DNA from: Geopsychrobacteraceae bacterium
GTDB lineage: Bacteria > Desulfobacterota > Desulfuromonadia > Desulfuromonadales > Geopsychrobacteraceae
Direction of reading: 5' to 3'
NCBI GenBank assembly: GCA_963662315.1
Contig: OY759353.1
Location: 4,192,001-4,256,000 of the forward strand
Length of the DNA stretch: 64,000 bases
Made by a program: the position numbers and the translations under genes. This document shows, piece after piece, positions 9,365-19,509 of the stretch (position 1 is the first letter of the stretch; every line of letters starts with the position of its first letter). A model generated the notes under the pieces. It did not search any database. It saw only the letters and a program-made list of their open reading frames with translations, and was not told where the DNA came from.

Positions 9365-10393
9365 TCAGGCGACCTGAGATTGTCTCTCCTCAAAAGCTGT
9401 ACCACGTCGATCAACGGCCAACAGATATTCAACCAGCTTGCGTGCAACAGCTAAAGTGGCTCGGTTGCGATTGCCTTTGGTCAACTCTTTTTCATGCAAT
9501 TCCGCCAGTTGAATATTCCATCGTGGGGCTAGCTTAGCGGCTTCAATGAGCATGGTCTGCAGGTGCTTGTTGCGTTTTTTGGAGAGTGGCCCTCGTTGAT
9601 CTTTCCCGGCCGATTCCCGTTGTGCACTGCAGAGTCCGCAATAGCTGATGGCTTCCCGACTGGAGGGAAAGCGGGTTGGATCACCGATCTCCAACACCCA
9701 GGTCAAAGCCATAATTTCTCCAACCCCGGCAATGCTCATCAAAAGCTCAACTCTCTGCCGAATCAGTTCATTTTCCCGGAGAGTCCGAACCAATTTCTTC
9801 TGGATGGCGGTAAACAGCTCTAGATTACTGCGGCTCAGTTGTAACAGCTCTTTGACCGAATCGGGCACATCGCCTACCCGCTCCATCAGTTGATTGAAGT
9901 ATTTGCTCCCATACAACCGTTTTTTGTCGTAGGTCGCGCCGACTTCCATCATTAATCCGGCCATTTTATTTTTCATTTGCACTGCCGTGCGGACCACCAT
10001 ATTCCGATAACGAAGAATACGCCGTAATTCCCGGAGCTCTTCGGACATCATGGTGCATTCGGGCAGAAGATTGACTCGTAGAAGATCCGCCAGCTTTTCA
10101 GCATCTGCCCGGTCATTTTTCTTCTTTGCCGCAGTAATCGCCTTGAGCATTTCCGGATGAGCAACCTTCAGCTCAATCGCGTGTGGTTTGAGAAAATCGT
10201 AAATCCAGCCAGTGAACAGTGTCGCTTCCATAGCCCCCATCCAGGGGCCAGGCAAGGCCGATAGCCACGTCCGAAGAGCCCTGCGCTCAGTTCCAACGAT
10301 CCCTTGATCAATCATTTTGCCGCTCATGTTCTTGATGCAATAGGCGATGGTTTTCTTGTGGACGTCCAGGCCAATGTAGTGAATACTTTCCAT
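9365..10393 (-). CDS. IS110 family recombinase
   Basis: GLDVHK, MEAT, KNDRADA (DEDD domain); YCGL..QRESAG catalytic Ser region; ALAVARK-like end. Confidence 0.95.
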   Translation of the reverse strand: MESIHYIGLDVHKKTIAYCIKNMSGKMIDQGIVGTERRALRTWLSALPGPWMGAMEATLFTGWIYDFLKPHAIELKVAHPEMLKAITAAKKKNDRADAEKLADLLRVNLLPECTMMSEELRELRRILRYRNMVVRTAVQMKNKMAGLMMEVGATYDKKRLYGSKYFNQLMERVGDVPDSVKELLQLSRSNLELFTAIQKKLVRTLRENELIRQRVELLMSIAGVGEIMALTWVLEIGDPTRFPSSREAISYCGLCSAQRESAGKDQRGPLSKKRNKHLQTMLIEAAKLAPRWNIQLAELHEKELTKGNRNRATLAVARKLVEYLLAVDRRGTAFEERQSQVA

Positions 10394-10519
10394 GGAAGCC
10401 TCCTTTTGGGTCTGACTCGGGGCGATGAATTCGACCCCGCCTGTTCATATTATGAACTGTCCGCCATCTGGAGGCTTCCTCTTTCGTTACTTATGCATTC
10501 AAACACTTCCCCTATTTAT

Positions 10520-10848
10520 GGATCGTAGTACGGTACATTGAACGTAATCCGATCAAGGTTGGTCTGGTGGGCTATGCCGAGGATTATCGTTGGTCCAGCG
10601 CCAAAGCCCATCTGACACAGGCTCAAGATGATCTTTTACAGGAGCCGTCCTGGTTGGACGCAACAGACAGAAGCCGGTATGCCGCATTCATTCTGAACAG
10701 CGATGAGGACGCGGAAGCCAAGCTGCGTAGCGCCACCCGCACCGGTCGCCCGTTCGGTTCGGAGAACTTTATTGACAATATGGAATATCAGTTGAATGCC
10801 ACATTGAGACCCCGTAGGCCGGGGAGACCTGGAAAAACTGGGGAGTGA
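10520..10848 (+). pseudogene. 3' fragment of RAYT transposase
   Basis: Near-identical to 17140-17435 (RYIERNP...YRWSS). Confidence 0.9.
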
Positions 10849-10860
10849 CCCGGTTTTTCC
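10831..10860. repeat. RAYT-associated REP palindrome (family also at 12862-12890, 17431-17452, 44285-44313, related 34580-34624, and split by IS110 at 9036 and 15266)
   Basis: GGAAAAACTGGGGAGTGACCCGGTTTTTCC inverted repeat at the 3' end of RAYT copies. Confidence 0.75.
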
Positions 10861-11079
10861 AAGGACGAAACGGTGGGCAGCGAGATGGCCGCCATGATCG
10901 TCAACTAAACCACGTTGACCTGCTGCTGATTGAGCTTTAACTTCTGCAGGACTTCGCTTAGCACCTTTAAAATATTCTTTTAAAGTTCCTGAAGATTCGA
11001 GAGGTAGTCCATTCGAATCAGCCACCCACTGAACATTGTTTTTACCAACAGTGCTTTTAATAACATTACTGTTTGGAAC
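10861..11079 (-). pseudogene. Orphan toxin C-terminal fragment, Endonuclease_NS_2-like
   Basis: VPNSNVIK...DDHGGHLAAHRF; starts at the same VP junction as the full toxins; cut by a REP and by IS110. Confidence 0.7.
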
Positions 11080-12536
11080 ATCCATGATAAGTAAAGTCAA
11101 GGGGAAAGCGGAGGTTTCCCTTTACCTCGCGGGCCTACTCCCGGTGGCGACTCTGTTTTTCCTTGTCCTTTGCATCCTTCGATCTTTTTAATCTATTCTT
11201 TTGGTCCGCTAAATCAGCGACCAGACATCCATGTGCTGTCTCCGGGATATCATCCCTTCACAGAAGATTGAGTTTGGGCCAACCCGCCAGCCTTGAAACA
11301 CTCCCAATGTCGTGCAGCGAAGCTCACGTAGTCCCTAGTCCGCAAGGCCCGGCGGGAAGATCGTTTGATGTAAAGAGTATCTGTTTTTCTCCAACTCAGG
11401 CGACCTGAGATTGTCTCTCCTCAAAAGCTGTACCACGTCGATCAACGGCCAACAGATATTCAACCAGCTTGCGTGCAACAGCTAAAGTGGCTCGGTTGCG
11501 ATTGCCTTTGGTCAACTCTTTTTCATGCAATTCCGCCAGTTGAATATTCCATCGTGGGGCTAGCTTAGCGGCTTCAATGAGCATGGTCTGCAGGTGCTTG
11601 TTGCGTTTTTTGGAGAGTGGCCCTCGTTGATCTTTCCCGGCCGATTCCCGTTGTGCACTGCAGAGTCCGCAATAGCTGATGGCTTCCCGACTGGAGGGAA
11701 AGCGGGTTGGATCACCGATCTCCAACACCCAGGTCAAAGCCATAATTTCTCCAACCCCGGCAATGCTCATCAAAAGCTCAACTCTCTGCCGAATCAGTTC
11801 ATTTTCCCGGAGAGTCCGAACCAATTTCTTCTGGATGGCGGTAAACAGCTCTAGATTACTGCGGCTCAGTTGTAACAGCTCTTTGACCGAATCGGGCACA
11901 TCGCCTACCCGCTCCATCAGTTGATTGAAGTATTTGCTCCCATACAACCGTTTTTTGTCGTAGGTCGCGCCGACTTCCATCATTAATCCGGCCATTTTAT
12001 TTTTCATTTGCACTGCCGTGCGGACCACCATATTCCGATAACGAAGAATACGCCGTAATTCCCGGAGCTCTTCGGACATCATGGTGCATTCGGGCAGAAG
12101 ATTGACTCGTAGAAGATCCGCCAGCTTTTCAGCATCTGCCCGGTCATTTTTCTTCTTTGCCGCAGTAATCGCCTTGAGCATTTCCGGATGAGCAACCTTC
12201 AGCTCAATCGCGTGTGGTTTGAGAAAATCGTAAATCCAGCCAGTGAACAGTGTCGCTTCCATAGCCCCCATCCAGGGGCCAGGCAAGGCCGATAGCCACG
12301 TCCGAAGAGCCCTGCGCTCAGTTCCAACGATCCCTTGATCAATCATTTTGCCGCTCATGTTCTTGATGCAATAGGCGATGGTTTTCTTGTGGACGTCCAG
12401 GCCAATGTAGTGAATACTTTCCATGGAAGCCTCCTTTTGGGTCTGACTCGGGGCGATGAATTCGACCCCGCCTGTTCATATTATGAACTGTCCGCCATCT
12501 GGAGGCTTCCTCTTTCGTTACTTATGCATTCAAACA
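11078..12536 (-). mobile_element. IS110 family element, copy 2
   Basis: Matches copy 1 at offset 2031 bp. Confidence 0.92.
11396..12424 (-). CDS. IS110 family recombinase
   Basis: Protein identical to 9365-10393. Confidence 0.95.
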   Translation of the reverse strand: MESIHYIGLDVHKKTIAYCIKNMSGKMIDQGIVGTERRALRTWLSALPGPWMGAMEATLFTGWIYDFLKPHAIELKVAHPEMLKAITAAKKKNDRADAEKLADLLRVNLLPECTMMSEELRELRRILRYRNMVVRTAVQMKNKMAGLMMEVGATYDKKRLYGSKYFNQLMERVGDVPDSVKELLQLSRSNLELFTAIQKKLVRTLRENELIRQRVELLMSIAGVGEIMALTWVLEIGDPTRFPSSREAISYCGLCSAQRESAGKDQRGPLSKKRNKHLQTMLIEAAKLAPRWNIQLAELHEKELTKGNRNRATLAVARKLVEYLLAVDRRGTAFEERQSQVA

Positions 12537-12550
12537 CTTCCCCTATTTAT

Positions 12551-12885
12551 GGATCGTAGCACGGTACATTGAACGTAATCCGATCAAGGTTGGTCTGGTG
12601 GGCTATGCCGAGGATTATCGTTGGTCCAGCGCCAAAGCCCATCTGACACAGGCTCAAGATGATCTTTTACAGGAGCCGTCCTGGTTGGATGCAACAGACA
12701 GAAGCCGGTATGCCGCATTCATTCTGAACAGCGATGAGGACGCGGAAGCCAAGCTGCGTAGCGCCACCCGTACCGGTCGCCCGTTCGGTTCGGAGAACTT
12801 TATTGACAATATGGAATATCCGTTGAATGCCACATTGAGACCCCGTAGGCCGGGGAGACCTGGAAAAACTGGGGAGCGTCCCTAG
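12551..12885 (+). pseudogene. 3' fragment of RAYT transposase (duplicate)
   Basis: Near-identical to 10520-10848. Confidence 0.9.
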
Positions 12886-12891
12886 TTTTTC

Positions 12892-13000
12892 TCCGCTCAT
12901 GCTGGTGCGTTCAAATGCATCCAGCCACGCATCACGTTGTTCTGAGCTGGTAGGCTCACGACGACCGAGGGTATCGGTCTTGAGAATTGTCAGGCCATTG
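12892..13000 (-). pseudogene. Possible IS66 TnpA-like fragment
   Basis: Reads ILKTDTLGRREPTSSEQRDAWLDAFERTSMSG; cut at a REP. Confidence 0.4.
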
Positions 13001-13130
13001 CGGCCATGCCATCAGAAGAGCAGCGGATCATTCAAGAACTGCTCGAAGGGATGATTATTAAATATGAGGCTGAAAGGTGGTCATCAAAAGCTAAAAGATA
13101 AAACGCTGCAATCATTTGCCACGCTTTATC

Positions 13131-13490
13131 TTAATAAGGAAAGTTCGGTTCTATTTCGTAGCGAATAGATAATTTATCAAATGTTTTTCGAGCTTCATTT
13201 ATTGCTAATGCTTCATCTTCTACAACCAACGGCCTATCTTCCTGAGACATCTTCTTCGCTTGTAAAAAATTAACATTAGCAACCTCAGAAACAGCTTTAA
13301 GTTGCTCCTTGTTTTTTGAGTCAGCGGATAACAAATACATTTTGTATTTTGTTATATCCTGAGCGATCTCAGAAATTCGAGTAGTCACTAGCGCCCAATC
13401 ACATTGGGTACAGAAAAAGCCTTCTGTGCTGCCTTCTACACGATATTCAGTATCTGCCCCACACTCTTCGCATTTTTTTATATCACTCAT
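13131..13490 (-). CDS. Putative immunity protein (N-terminal CxxC...CxxC)
   Basis: Small low-GC gene 13 bp downstream of toxin 1, with its own RBS. Confidence 0.7.
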   Translation of the reverse strand: MSDIKKCEECGADTEYRVEGSTEGFFCTQCDWALVTTRISEIAQDITKYKMYLLSADSKNKEQLKAVSEVANVNFLQAKKMSQEDRPLVVEDEALAINEARKTFDKLSIRYEIEPNFPY

Positions 13491-13503
13491 AAATCACTCC
13501 TTC

Positions 13504-14673
13504 CTACTGGCTTTTCTTTGGTAGAAAAGTCTTTATCTCGCCAAGGCTATTTAGGTTTGGTTGCCCATTTGGTGCCTTTGGTGCAACCAAGGTTTTTCCA
13601 TTCGGATAAGCCCAAAGCAGGTCCGTAGGAGCCTGAACCTCAACATTTAATTTATTAGCAAGATTTTGGGCGAAGCCTGTATCACAAGCACCAGTGCTAC
13701 ATGAGAACAATCGAATATTTTGCCCGTTGTAACCAGGCTGCTGCTCAATCAAACGAGAAGCCGTTCGATGATCAACTAACTCAGGACCGTTTGGAGTTTC
13801 TATTTGAATTTTATTAGGTGAGCCATGCGCAACAACATCAAAATATCCATCGGGATCAACATCAGGGCGCTTGGACGCGTTTAGGTAAAAACGGTCTGAA
13901 CCTTTCATAAAGTTAACAGGCCCTGGAGCAGCGCTGTATAGATTAACTTTTGGGTTTGGAACCACTCTTCCGCCAGCAGATGATACTACAGCCCCTCTCG
14001 AAAGTCCAAGCCCAGATCTCAAACCACCAGCGGTCAACGCTGTGCCAACAACGTCATTTGTCTCAGCAGGCGTCTGAGAAAGTCGTATGCTGTAGGTACT
14101 TGCAAAGTCAGTTTGCTTAAATGCAGTAGCCTCTTGCAATACGTGATCGCCTCTTTCGGCCTCCTCAGGCCTTGCCGTCACCTGCTTCTGGCCCAAAAAC
14201 TTGCGTCTGCTACCTTCGGTTCTGCTCTCAAAACCTTGGTTGACCACCGCTTTGGCTGTGCTGCTTTGCAAAGAGCTCTGCTGGCTGTGGGTTTGTGGGA
14301 CCATGCTTTTACTGTAAGCAGATGAGACTATTCCCTGCAGGTTTGCATATTGGTTTATTCCTGACAGGCTGGCGACCCAGCGGCCTTTTTGGGGATTGTT
14401 CGGGTAGTCAGGGTCCTGCTGCCAGTAGACGACCCCCAAGAAGGGGAGCTTCATAGAGTAGACGAGGCAGACTTCCATCTTGTCAATTTTTTTTAGCAGC
14501 TCATCAAGCCCCTGTTGATAATGGCGCCACTGGACAGGAACGAATTCGTTTAGATTATGAATGCTGGTAAAACCGCCACAATAGGCGTCACGGACATCGT
14601 TTTTAGCGAAAAATGGATTGGAAATATACGGCAGGTCAGCAACCGTAATATCTCTGGCAGCAACAAGTCTCAT
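13504..14673 (-). CDS. Polymorphic toxin 1: conserved N-terminal domain plus putative caspase/C80-like Cys-protease C-terminus
   Basis: First ~240 aa shared with toxin 2 up to RVVP; unique tail with DVVAHGSP...IRLFSCSTG. Confidence 0.75.
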   Translation of the reverse strand: MRLVAARDITVADLPYISNPFFAKNDVRDAYCGGFTSIHNLNEFVPVQWRHYQQGLDELLKKIDKMEVCLVYSMKLPFLGVVYWQQDPDYPNNPQKGRWVASLSGINQYANLQGIVSSAYSKSMVPQTHSQQSSLQSSTAKAVVNQGFESRTEGSRRKFLGQKQVTARPEEAERGDHVLQEATAFKQTDFASTYSIRLSQTPAETNDVVGTALTAGGLRSGLGLSRGAVVSSAGGRVVPNPKVNLYSAAPGPVNFMKGSDRFYLNASKRPDVDPDGYFDVVAHGSPNKIQIETPNGPELVDHRTASRLIEQQPGYNGQNIRLFSCSTGACDTGFAQNLANKLNVEVQAPTDLLWAYPNGKTLVAPKAPNGQPNLNSLGEIKTFLPKKSQ

Positions 14674-14850
14674 CGGTATCCCCCCTCAAGGATAAAATAA
14701 GTTGCTATAAGAAATAACTATCTGGAAAGTTTTAATGAGAGGGGAGGATAGCGTTTTTTTAGCTTGAGTCAAGATATTTAGCAGGAGTTTTAAGGGCGGT
14801 CTTCTTGGCTCGGTATGAAATTGTGGAATCCATCTGCTGAAAATTACTTC

Positions 14851-15000
14851 AAAACCGCCGGGTCCCGGCCCGGCAGCCGGATTCATTTTTTTTTCAGCGA
14901 TGAAAAAACGAATCAAAAAAATCTTTTTGGAAACACTGACGAAAGCCGGAATTGCATATGCTTTGTGCGTAATCACGGTGGGAACACAGGCACCCCAATG
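14851..15000. repeat. Partial copy of the large structured repeat, upstream of toxin 1
   Basis: AAAACCGCCGGGTCCCGGCCCGGCAGCCGGATTCATTTTTT...GAAAAAACGAATC. Confidence 0.85.
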
Positions 15001-15079
15001 GGCAAGGGGCCAGCGCCATTCGGGACACAATACCAATTTTAGGAACTAAGTCTTATGTCCCCGGAATTAACCTGATCTT

Positions 15080-15265
15080 TCAAACTCCCTCTTCGACTTT
15101 TTTGAAGAATTGATCGCGAAATTCAGCTGGTGATACACCATACATTCTTTTAAATTGCCTATAAAAGTTGGGTAAACTTGAAAAACCGCTCTGAAATGCT
15201 GCCTCGGCAATACCTTCACCTGTTGAGGAAAGAATTATTCCGGCTTTTTGGAGGCGTCGGATATT
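15080..15265 (-). pseudogene. Duplicated 3' end of the AraC regulator
   Basis: Near-identical to 22835-23020; cut at the REP/IS110 junction. Confidence 0.9.
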
Positions 15266-15276
15266 GAAAACTAGGG

Positions 15277-16735
15277 ACATCCATGATAAGTAAAGTCAAG
15301 GGGAAAGCGGAGGTTTCCCTTTACCTCGCGGGCCTACTCCCGGTGGCGACTCTGTTTTTCCTTGTCCTTTGCATCCTTCGATCTTTTTAATCTATTCTTT
15401 TGGTCCGCTAAATCAGCGACCAGACATCCATGTGCTGTCTCCGGGATATCATCCCTTCACAGAAGATTGAGTTTGGGCCAACCCGCCAGCCTTGAAACAC
15501 TCCCAATGTCGTGCAGCGAAGCTCACGTAGTCCCTAGTCCGCAAGGCCCGGCGGGAAGATCGTTTGATGTAAAGAGTATCTGTTTTTCTCCAACTCAGGC
15601 GACCTGAGATTGTCTCTCCTCAAAAGCTGTACCACGTCGATCAACGGCCAACAGATATTCAACCAGCTTGCGTGCAACAGCTAAAGTGGCTCGGTTGCGA
15701 TTGCCTTTGGTCAACTCTTTTTCATGCAATTCCGCCAGTTGAATATTCCATCGTGGGGCTAGCTTAGCGGCTTCAATGAGCATGGTCTGCAGGTGCTTGT
15801 TGCGTTTTTTGGAGAGTGGCCCTCGTTGATCTTTCCCGGCCGATTCCCGTTGTGCACTGCAGAGTCCGCAATAGCTGATGGCTTCCCGACTGGAGGGAAA
15901 GCGGGTTGGATCACCGATCTCCAACACCCAGGTCAAAGCCATAATTTCTCCAACCCCGGCAATGCTCATCAAAAGCTCAACTCTCTGCCGAATCAGTTCA
16001 TTTTCCCGGAGAGTCCGAACCAATTTCTTCTGGATGGCGGTAAACAGCTCTAGATTACTGCGGCTCAGTTGTAACAGCTCTTTGACCGAATCGGGCACAT
16101 CGCCTACCCGCTCCATCAGTTGATTGAAGTATTTGCTCCCATACAACCGTTTTTTGTCGTAGGTCGCGCCGACTTCCATCATTAATCCGGCCATTTTATT
16201 TTTCATTTGCACTGCCGTGCGGACCACCATATTCCGATAACGAAGAATACGCCGTAATTCCCGGAGCTCTTCGGACATCATGGTGCATTCGGGCAGAAGA
16301 TTGACTCGTAGAAGATCCGCCAGCTTTTCAGCATCTGCCCGGTCATTTTTCTTCTTTGCCGCAGTAATCGCCTTGAGCATTTCCGGATGAGCAACCTTCA
16401 GCTCAATCGCGTGTGGTTTGAGAAAATCGTAAATCCAGCCAGTGAACAGTGTCGCTTCCATAGCCCCCATCCAGGGGCCAGGCAAGGCCGATAGCCACGT
16501 CCGAAGAGCCCTGCGCTCAGTTCCAACGATCCCTTGATCAATCATTTTGCCGCTCATGTTCTTGATGCAATAGGCGATGGTTTTCTTGTGGACGTCCAGG
16601 CCAATGTAGTGAATACTTTCCATGGAAGCCTCCTTTTGGGTCTGACTCGGGGCGATGAATTCGACCCCGCCTGTTCATATTATGAACTGTCCGCCATCTG
16701 GAGGCTTCCTCTTTCGTTACTTATGCATTCAAACA
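15277..16735 (-). mobile_element. IS110 family element, copy 3
   Basis: Matches copy 1; flanks ACTAGGG-ACA-CTGCCC. Confidence 0.92.
15595..16623 (-). CDS. IS110 family recombinase
   Basis: Protein identical to the other copies. Confidence 0.95.
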   Translation of the reverse strand: MESIHYIGLDVHKKTIAYCIKNMSGKMIDQGIVGTERRALRTWLSALPGPWMGAMEATLFTGWIYDFLKPHAIELKVAHPEMLKAITAAKKKNDRADAEKLADLLRVNLLPECTMMSEELRELRRILRYRNMVVRTAVQMKNKMAGLMMEVGATYDKKRLYGSKYFNQLMERVGDVPDSVKELLQLSRSNLELFTAIQKKLVRTLRENELIRQRVELLMSIAGVGEIMALTWVLEIGDPTRFPSSREAISYCGLCSAQRESAGKDQRGPLSKKRNKHLQTMLIEAAKLAPRWNIQLAELHEKELTKGNRNRATLAVARKLVEYLLAVDRRGTAFEERQSQVA

Positions 16736-16787
16736 CTGCCCCTATTTAACAGTTATCTTAACCCTGCAATGCCGCTACACTCCTCTC

Positions 16788-17606
16788 ATGCCAAGAATCG
16801 CTCGCATAGTTGCACCCGGATACCCTCACCATGTTACCCAGCGTGGCAATAACCGCTCTATTGTCTTTTTCGACGATGAGGACAGGCAGACCTACCTGCA
16901 ATTGCTGGATAAGTACAGCAAAGCATTTCATTTACACCTTTGGGCTTATTGCCTGATGGATAACCATGTTCATCTGTTGGTTGTCCCGGAAAAAGAAAAC
17001 GCGCTTGCTCGTGGTATCGGTTTGACCAATCAGGTCTATACGCAATATCTCAATCGTAAGCTGAATCAGAGTGGTCGTATTTGGCAAAATCGCTTTTTCT
17101 CCTGCATTGTTGAAAACGACGAATACCTTTGGACCGTGGCACGGTACATTGAACGTAATCCGATCAAGGTCGGTCTGGTGGGCTATGCCGAGGATTATCG
17201 TTGGTCCAGCGCAAAAGCCCATTTGACACTGGCTCAAGACGATCTTTTGCAGGAGTCGTACTGGTTGGAAGAAACAGACAGAAACCGATATGCCGAATTC
17301 ATTCTGAACAGCGATGAGGACGCGGAAGCCAAGCTGCGTAGCGCCACCCGCACCGGTCGCCCATTCGGCTCGGAGAACTTTATTGACAGCATGGAATATC
17401 AGTTGAATGCCACATTGAGGCCCCGTAGGCCGGGGAGCGTCCCTAGTTTTTCCAATATCTCCAGTAAGATCAGTGCGACGATAAACTATACCTTCAGGTA
17501 TACTGTCTGGAACAACACAAAGTTACTCCTCCAAAACCACCAATGCCTTATCTATCCATTCAACAACAGACATGCTTTCCGATTCGGGTTTAAAATTACC
17601 ACCTAA
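16788..17606 (+). CDS. REP-associated tyrosine transposase (RAYT, Y1 HUH); natural end ~17440, ORF reads through a junction
   Basis: HHVTQRGNNR, YCLMDNHVHLL (HUH), IWQNRF, RYIERNP, YRWSS; REPs on both sides. Confidence 0.9.
   Translation: MPRIARIVAPGYPHHVTQRGNNRSIVFFDDEDRQTYLQLLDKYSKAFHLHLWAYCLMDNHVHLLVVPEKENALARGIGLTNQVYTQYLNRKLNQSGRIWQNRFFSCIVENDEYLWTVARYIERNPIKVGLVGYAEDYRWSSAKAHLTLAQDDLLQESYWLEETDRNRYAEFILNSDEDAEAKLRSATRTGRPFGSENFIDSMEYQLNATLRPRRPGSVPSFSNISSKISATINYTFRYTVWNNTKLLLQNHQCLIYPFNNRHAFRFGFKITT
17452..17520 (-). pseudogene. Start of an orphan toxin tip
   Basis: Reads VVPDSIPEGIVYRRTDLTGDI immediately after the immunity gene; truncated by the RAYT REP. Confidence 0.55.
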
Positions 17607-17795
17607 CTTATTGAATGTCTCTTGAGGCAAATCGCCTTTATTTAGAAGTTCCTTTAGACCATAAACCAACAGAACAATAGACTCAGTTGGTTCAGTATTT
17701 TTGAAATCTTCTACAGCGGCTAGCGATGACTCATAATCATCGCGCCAATCCTGATGGAAATATGAATCAAAGAAGTATTCAAATATTTCGCTCAC
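17523..17795 (-). CDS. CdiI-like immunity protein (CdiI_2-type)
   Basis: FFDSYFHQDW motif; 9 bp downstream of the RNase toxin. Confidence 0.8.
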   Translation of the reverse strand: MSEIFEYFFDSYFHQDWRDDYESSLAAVEDFKNTEPTESIVLLVYGLKELLNKGDLPQETFNKLGGNFKPESESMSVVEWIDKALVVLEE

Positions 17796-17804
17796 TATTA
17801 ACTC

Positions 17805-18935
17805 CTAATCATTTGGCTTGGGGAACGACGTGTGAACACGGTAACCATTTGGAGCTAAAGGATCTTTCACCAAAAGCACAAATGATTTATTGGATGCCTG
17901 GGATACAGTAGCGCCTTGAGGAATAACCCTGCCGACCTCGTAATCAAGTGTTTCATTAAGAGTGAGCCTGGGCTTTGGACTGTTTACTAGCCAATCTTGA
18001 ACGCTATCGCGATTCCTCGATAACACATCTCCAACTGCTCTCTGAGCTGTCTCTAAATCTGGGTATGTTGATGAACCTAAAATATCGGGCTCAGCATCTA
18101 ACCGTTGCAATAACTGTTCATCGGTTTTTCCAACATGTCGCCTAATGGTATGTCCATCCAGATTTTCATGGAAAATTAGTGTTCCACCACTTTCACTCTC
18201 TATCAAAGGTGTTTTGTCTGGAACCACTCTCTCACCAGCAGACGATACTACAGTCCCTCTCGAAAGTCCAAGCCCAGATCTCAAACCACCAGCGGTCAAC
18301 GCTGTGCCAACAACGTCATTTGTCTCAGCAGGCGTCTGAGAAAGTCGCATGCTGTAGGTACTTGCAAAGTCAGTTTGCTTAAAAGCAGTAGCCTCTTGCA
18401 ATACGTGATCGCCTCTTTCGGCCTCCTCAGGCCTTGCCATCACCTGCTTCTGGCCCAAAAAATTGCGTCTGCCGCCTTCGACACTGTTCTCAAAACCTTG
18501 GTTGACCACCGCTTTGGCTGTGCTGCTTTGCAAAGAGGCCTGCTGGCTGTGGGTTTGTGGGACCATGCTTTTACTGTAAGCAGATGAGACTATTCCCTGC
18601 AGGTTTTCATATTGGTTTATTCCTGACAGGCTGGCGACCCAGCGGCCTTTTTGGGGATTGTTCGGGTAGTCAGGGTCCTGCTGCCAGTAGACAACCCCCA
18701 GGAAAGGTCGCTTGGAAGAGTAGACGAGGCAGACTTCCATCTTATCAATTTTTTTTAGCAGCTCATCAAGCCCCTGTTGATAATGGCGCCACTGGACAGA
18801 AACGAATTCGTTTAGATTATGAATGCTGGTAAAACCGTCACAATAGGCGTCACGGACATCGTTTTTAGCGAAAAACGGATTGGAAATATACGGAAGGTCA
18901 GCAACCGTAATATCTCTGGCAGCAACAAGTCTCAT
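17805..18935 (-). CDS. Polymorphic toxin 2: conserved N-terminal domain plus bacterial RNase A-like (CdiA-CT type) domain
   Basis: GHTIRRHVGKTDEQL, SSTY...AQRAV, terminal VHTSFP. Confidence 0.85.
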   Translation of the reverse strand: MRLVAARDITVADLPYISNPFFAKNDVRDAYCDGFTSIHNLNEFVSVQWRHYQQGLDELLKKIDKMEVCLVYSSKRPFLGVVYWQQDPDYPNNPQKGRWVASLSGINQYENLQGIVSSAYSKSMVPQTHSQQASLQSSTAKAVVNQGFENSVEGGRRNFLGQKQVMARPEEAERGDHVLQEATAFKQTDFASTYSMRLSQTPAETNDVVGTALTAGGLRSGLGLSRGTVVSSAGERVVPDKTPLIESESGGTLIFHENLDGHTIRRHVGKTDEQLLQRLDAEPDILGSSTYPDLETAQRAVGDVLSRNRDSVQDWLVNSPKPRLTLNETLDYEVGRVIPQGATVSQASNKSFVLLVKDPLAPNGYRVHTSFPKPND

Positions 18936-19112
18936 CGGTATCCCCCCTCAAGGATAAAATAAGTTGCTATAAGAAATAACTACCTGGAAAGTTTTAATGA
19001 GAGGAGAGGATAGCGTTTTTTTAGATTGAGTCAAGATATTTAGCAGGAGTTTTAAGGGCGGTCTTCTTGGCTCGGTATGAAATTGTGGAATCCATCTGCT
19101 GAAAATTACTTC

Positions 19113-19302
19113 AAAACCGCCGGGTCCCGGCCCGGCAGCCGGATTCATTTTTTTTCAGCGATGAAAAAACGAATCAAAAAAATCTTTGAAGGTCAAACAC
19201 ACTGACGAGAATAGATTCGATCTACGCTTTACCGTTGCAATCAGCAGTGAACAGACCGCCAACGATGCTGTCGCATCCATGGGCAGAATCGAGTTTCTGG
19301 CC
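19113..19302. repeat. Partial large structured repeat upstream of toxin 2
   Basis: Matches 25621-25800, internally deleted to TTCTGGCC. Confidence 0.9.
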
Positions 19303-19308
19303 AGCAAT

Positions 19309-19410
19309 CACTGCTGCCTTACAATTAGTTCAATAAAATAAAAGACTTGGAACCTGTCCGTGTTACAATGATTTCGCCAAAAACCAATTGAAAAAAACAG
19401 TGGGTTACGA
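19309..19410 (+). mobile_element. Remnant end of an IS4-family element
   Basis: CACTGCTG...GTGTTACAATGATTTCGCCAAAAA is homologous to the reverse complement of 53370-53464. Confidence 0.7.
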
Positions 19411-19509
19411 GTCCTGCGCATTGTGGCGCTGTTCTTTCGGGTTGGCTGGAAAAACATCTCAGCCTATGAGCCTGACACAAAATTCTGAACATCCTCTCGA
19501 ATTTAAGAT

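Larger units (their letters stand above)
9047..10505 (-). mobile_element. IS110 family (IS1111-like) element, copy 1
   Basis: Boundaries defined by identity with the two other copies; ACA core at both ends, subterminal ATAAGTAA/TTACTTAT IR, ~315 bp noncoding end downstream of the CDS. Confidence 0.92.

Noticed and set aside
9132..9377. 81-aa ORF in each IS110 copy
   Set aside because: TTG start, antisense to the predicted guide RNA; conserved only because the IS copies are identical.
10636..11100. 154-aa ORF as a real gene
   Set aside because: Chimera of IS end, toxin fragment and antisense RAYT.
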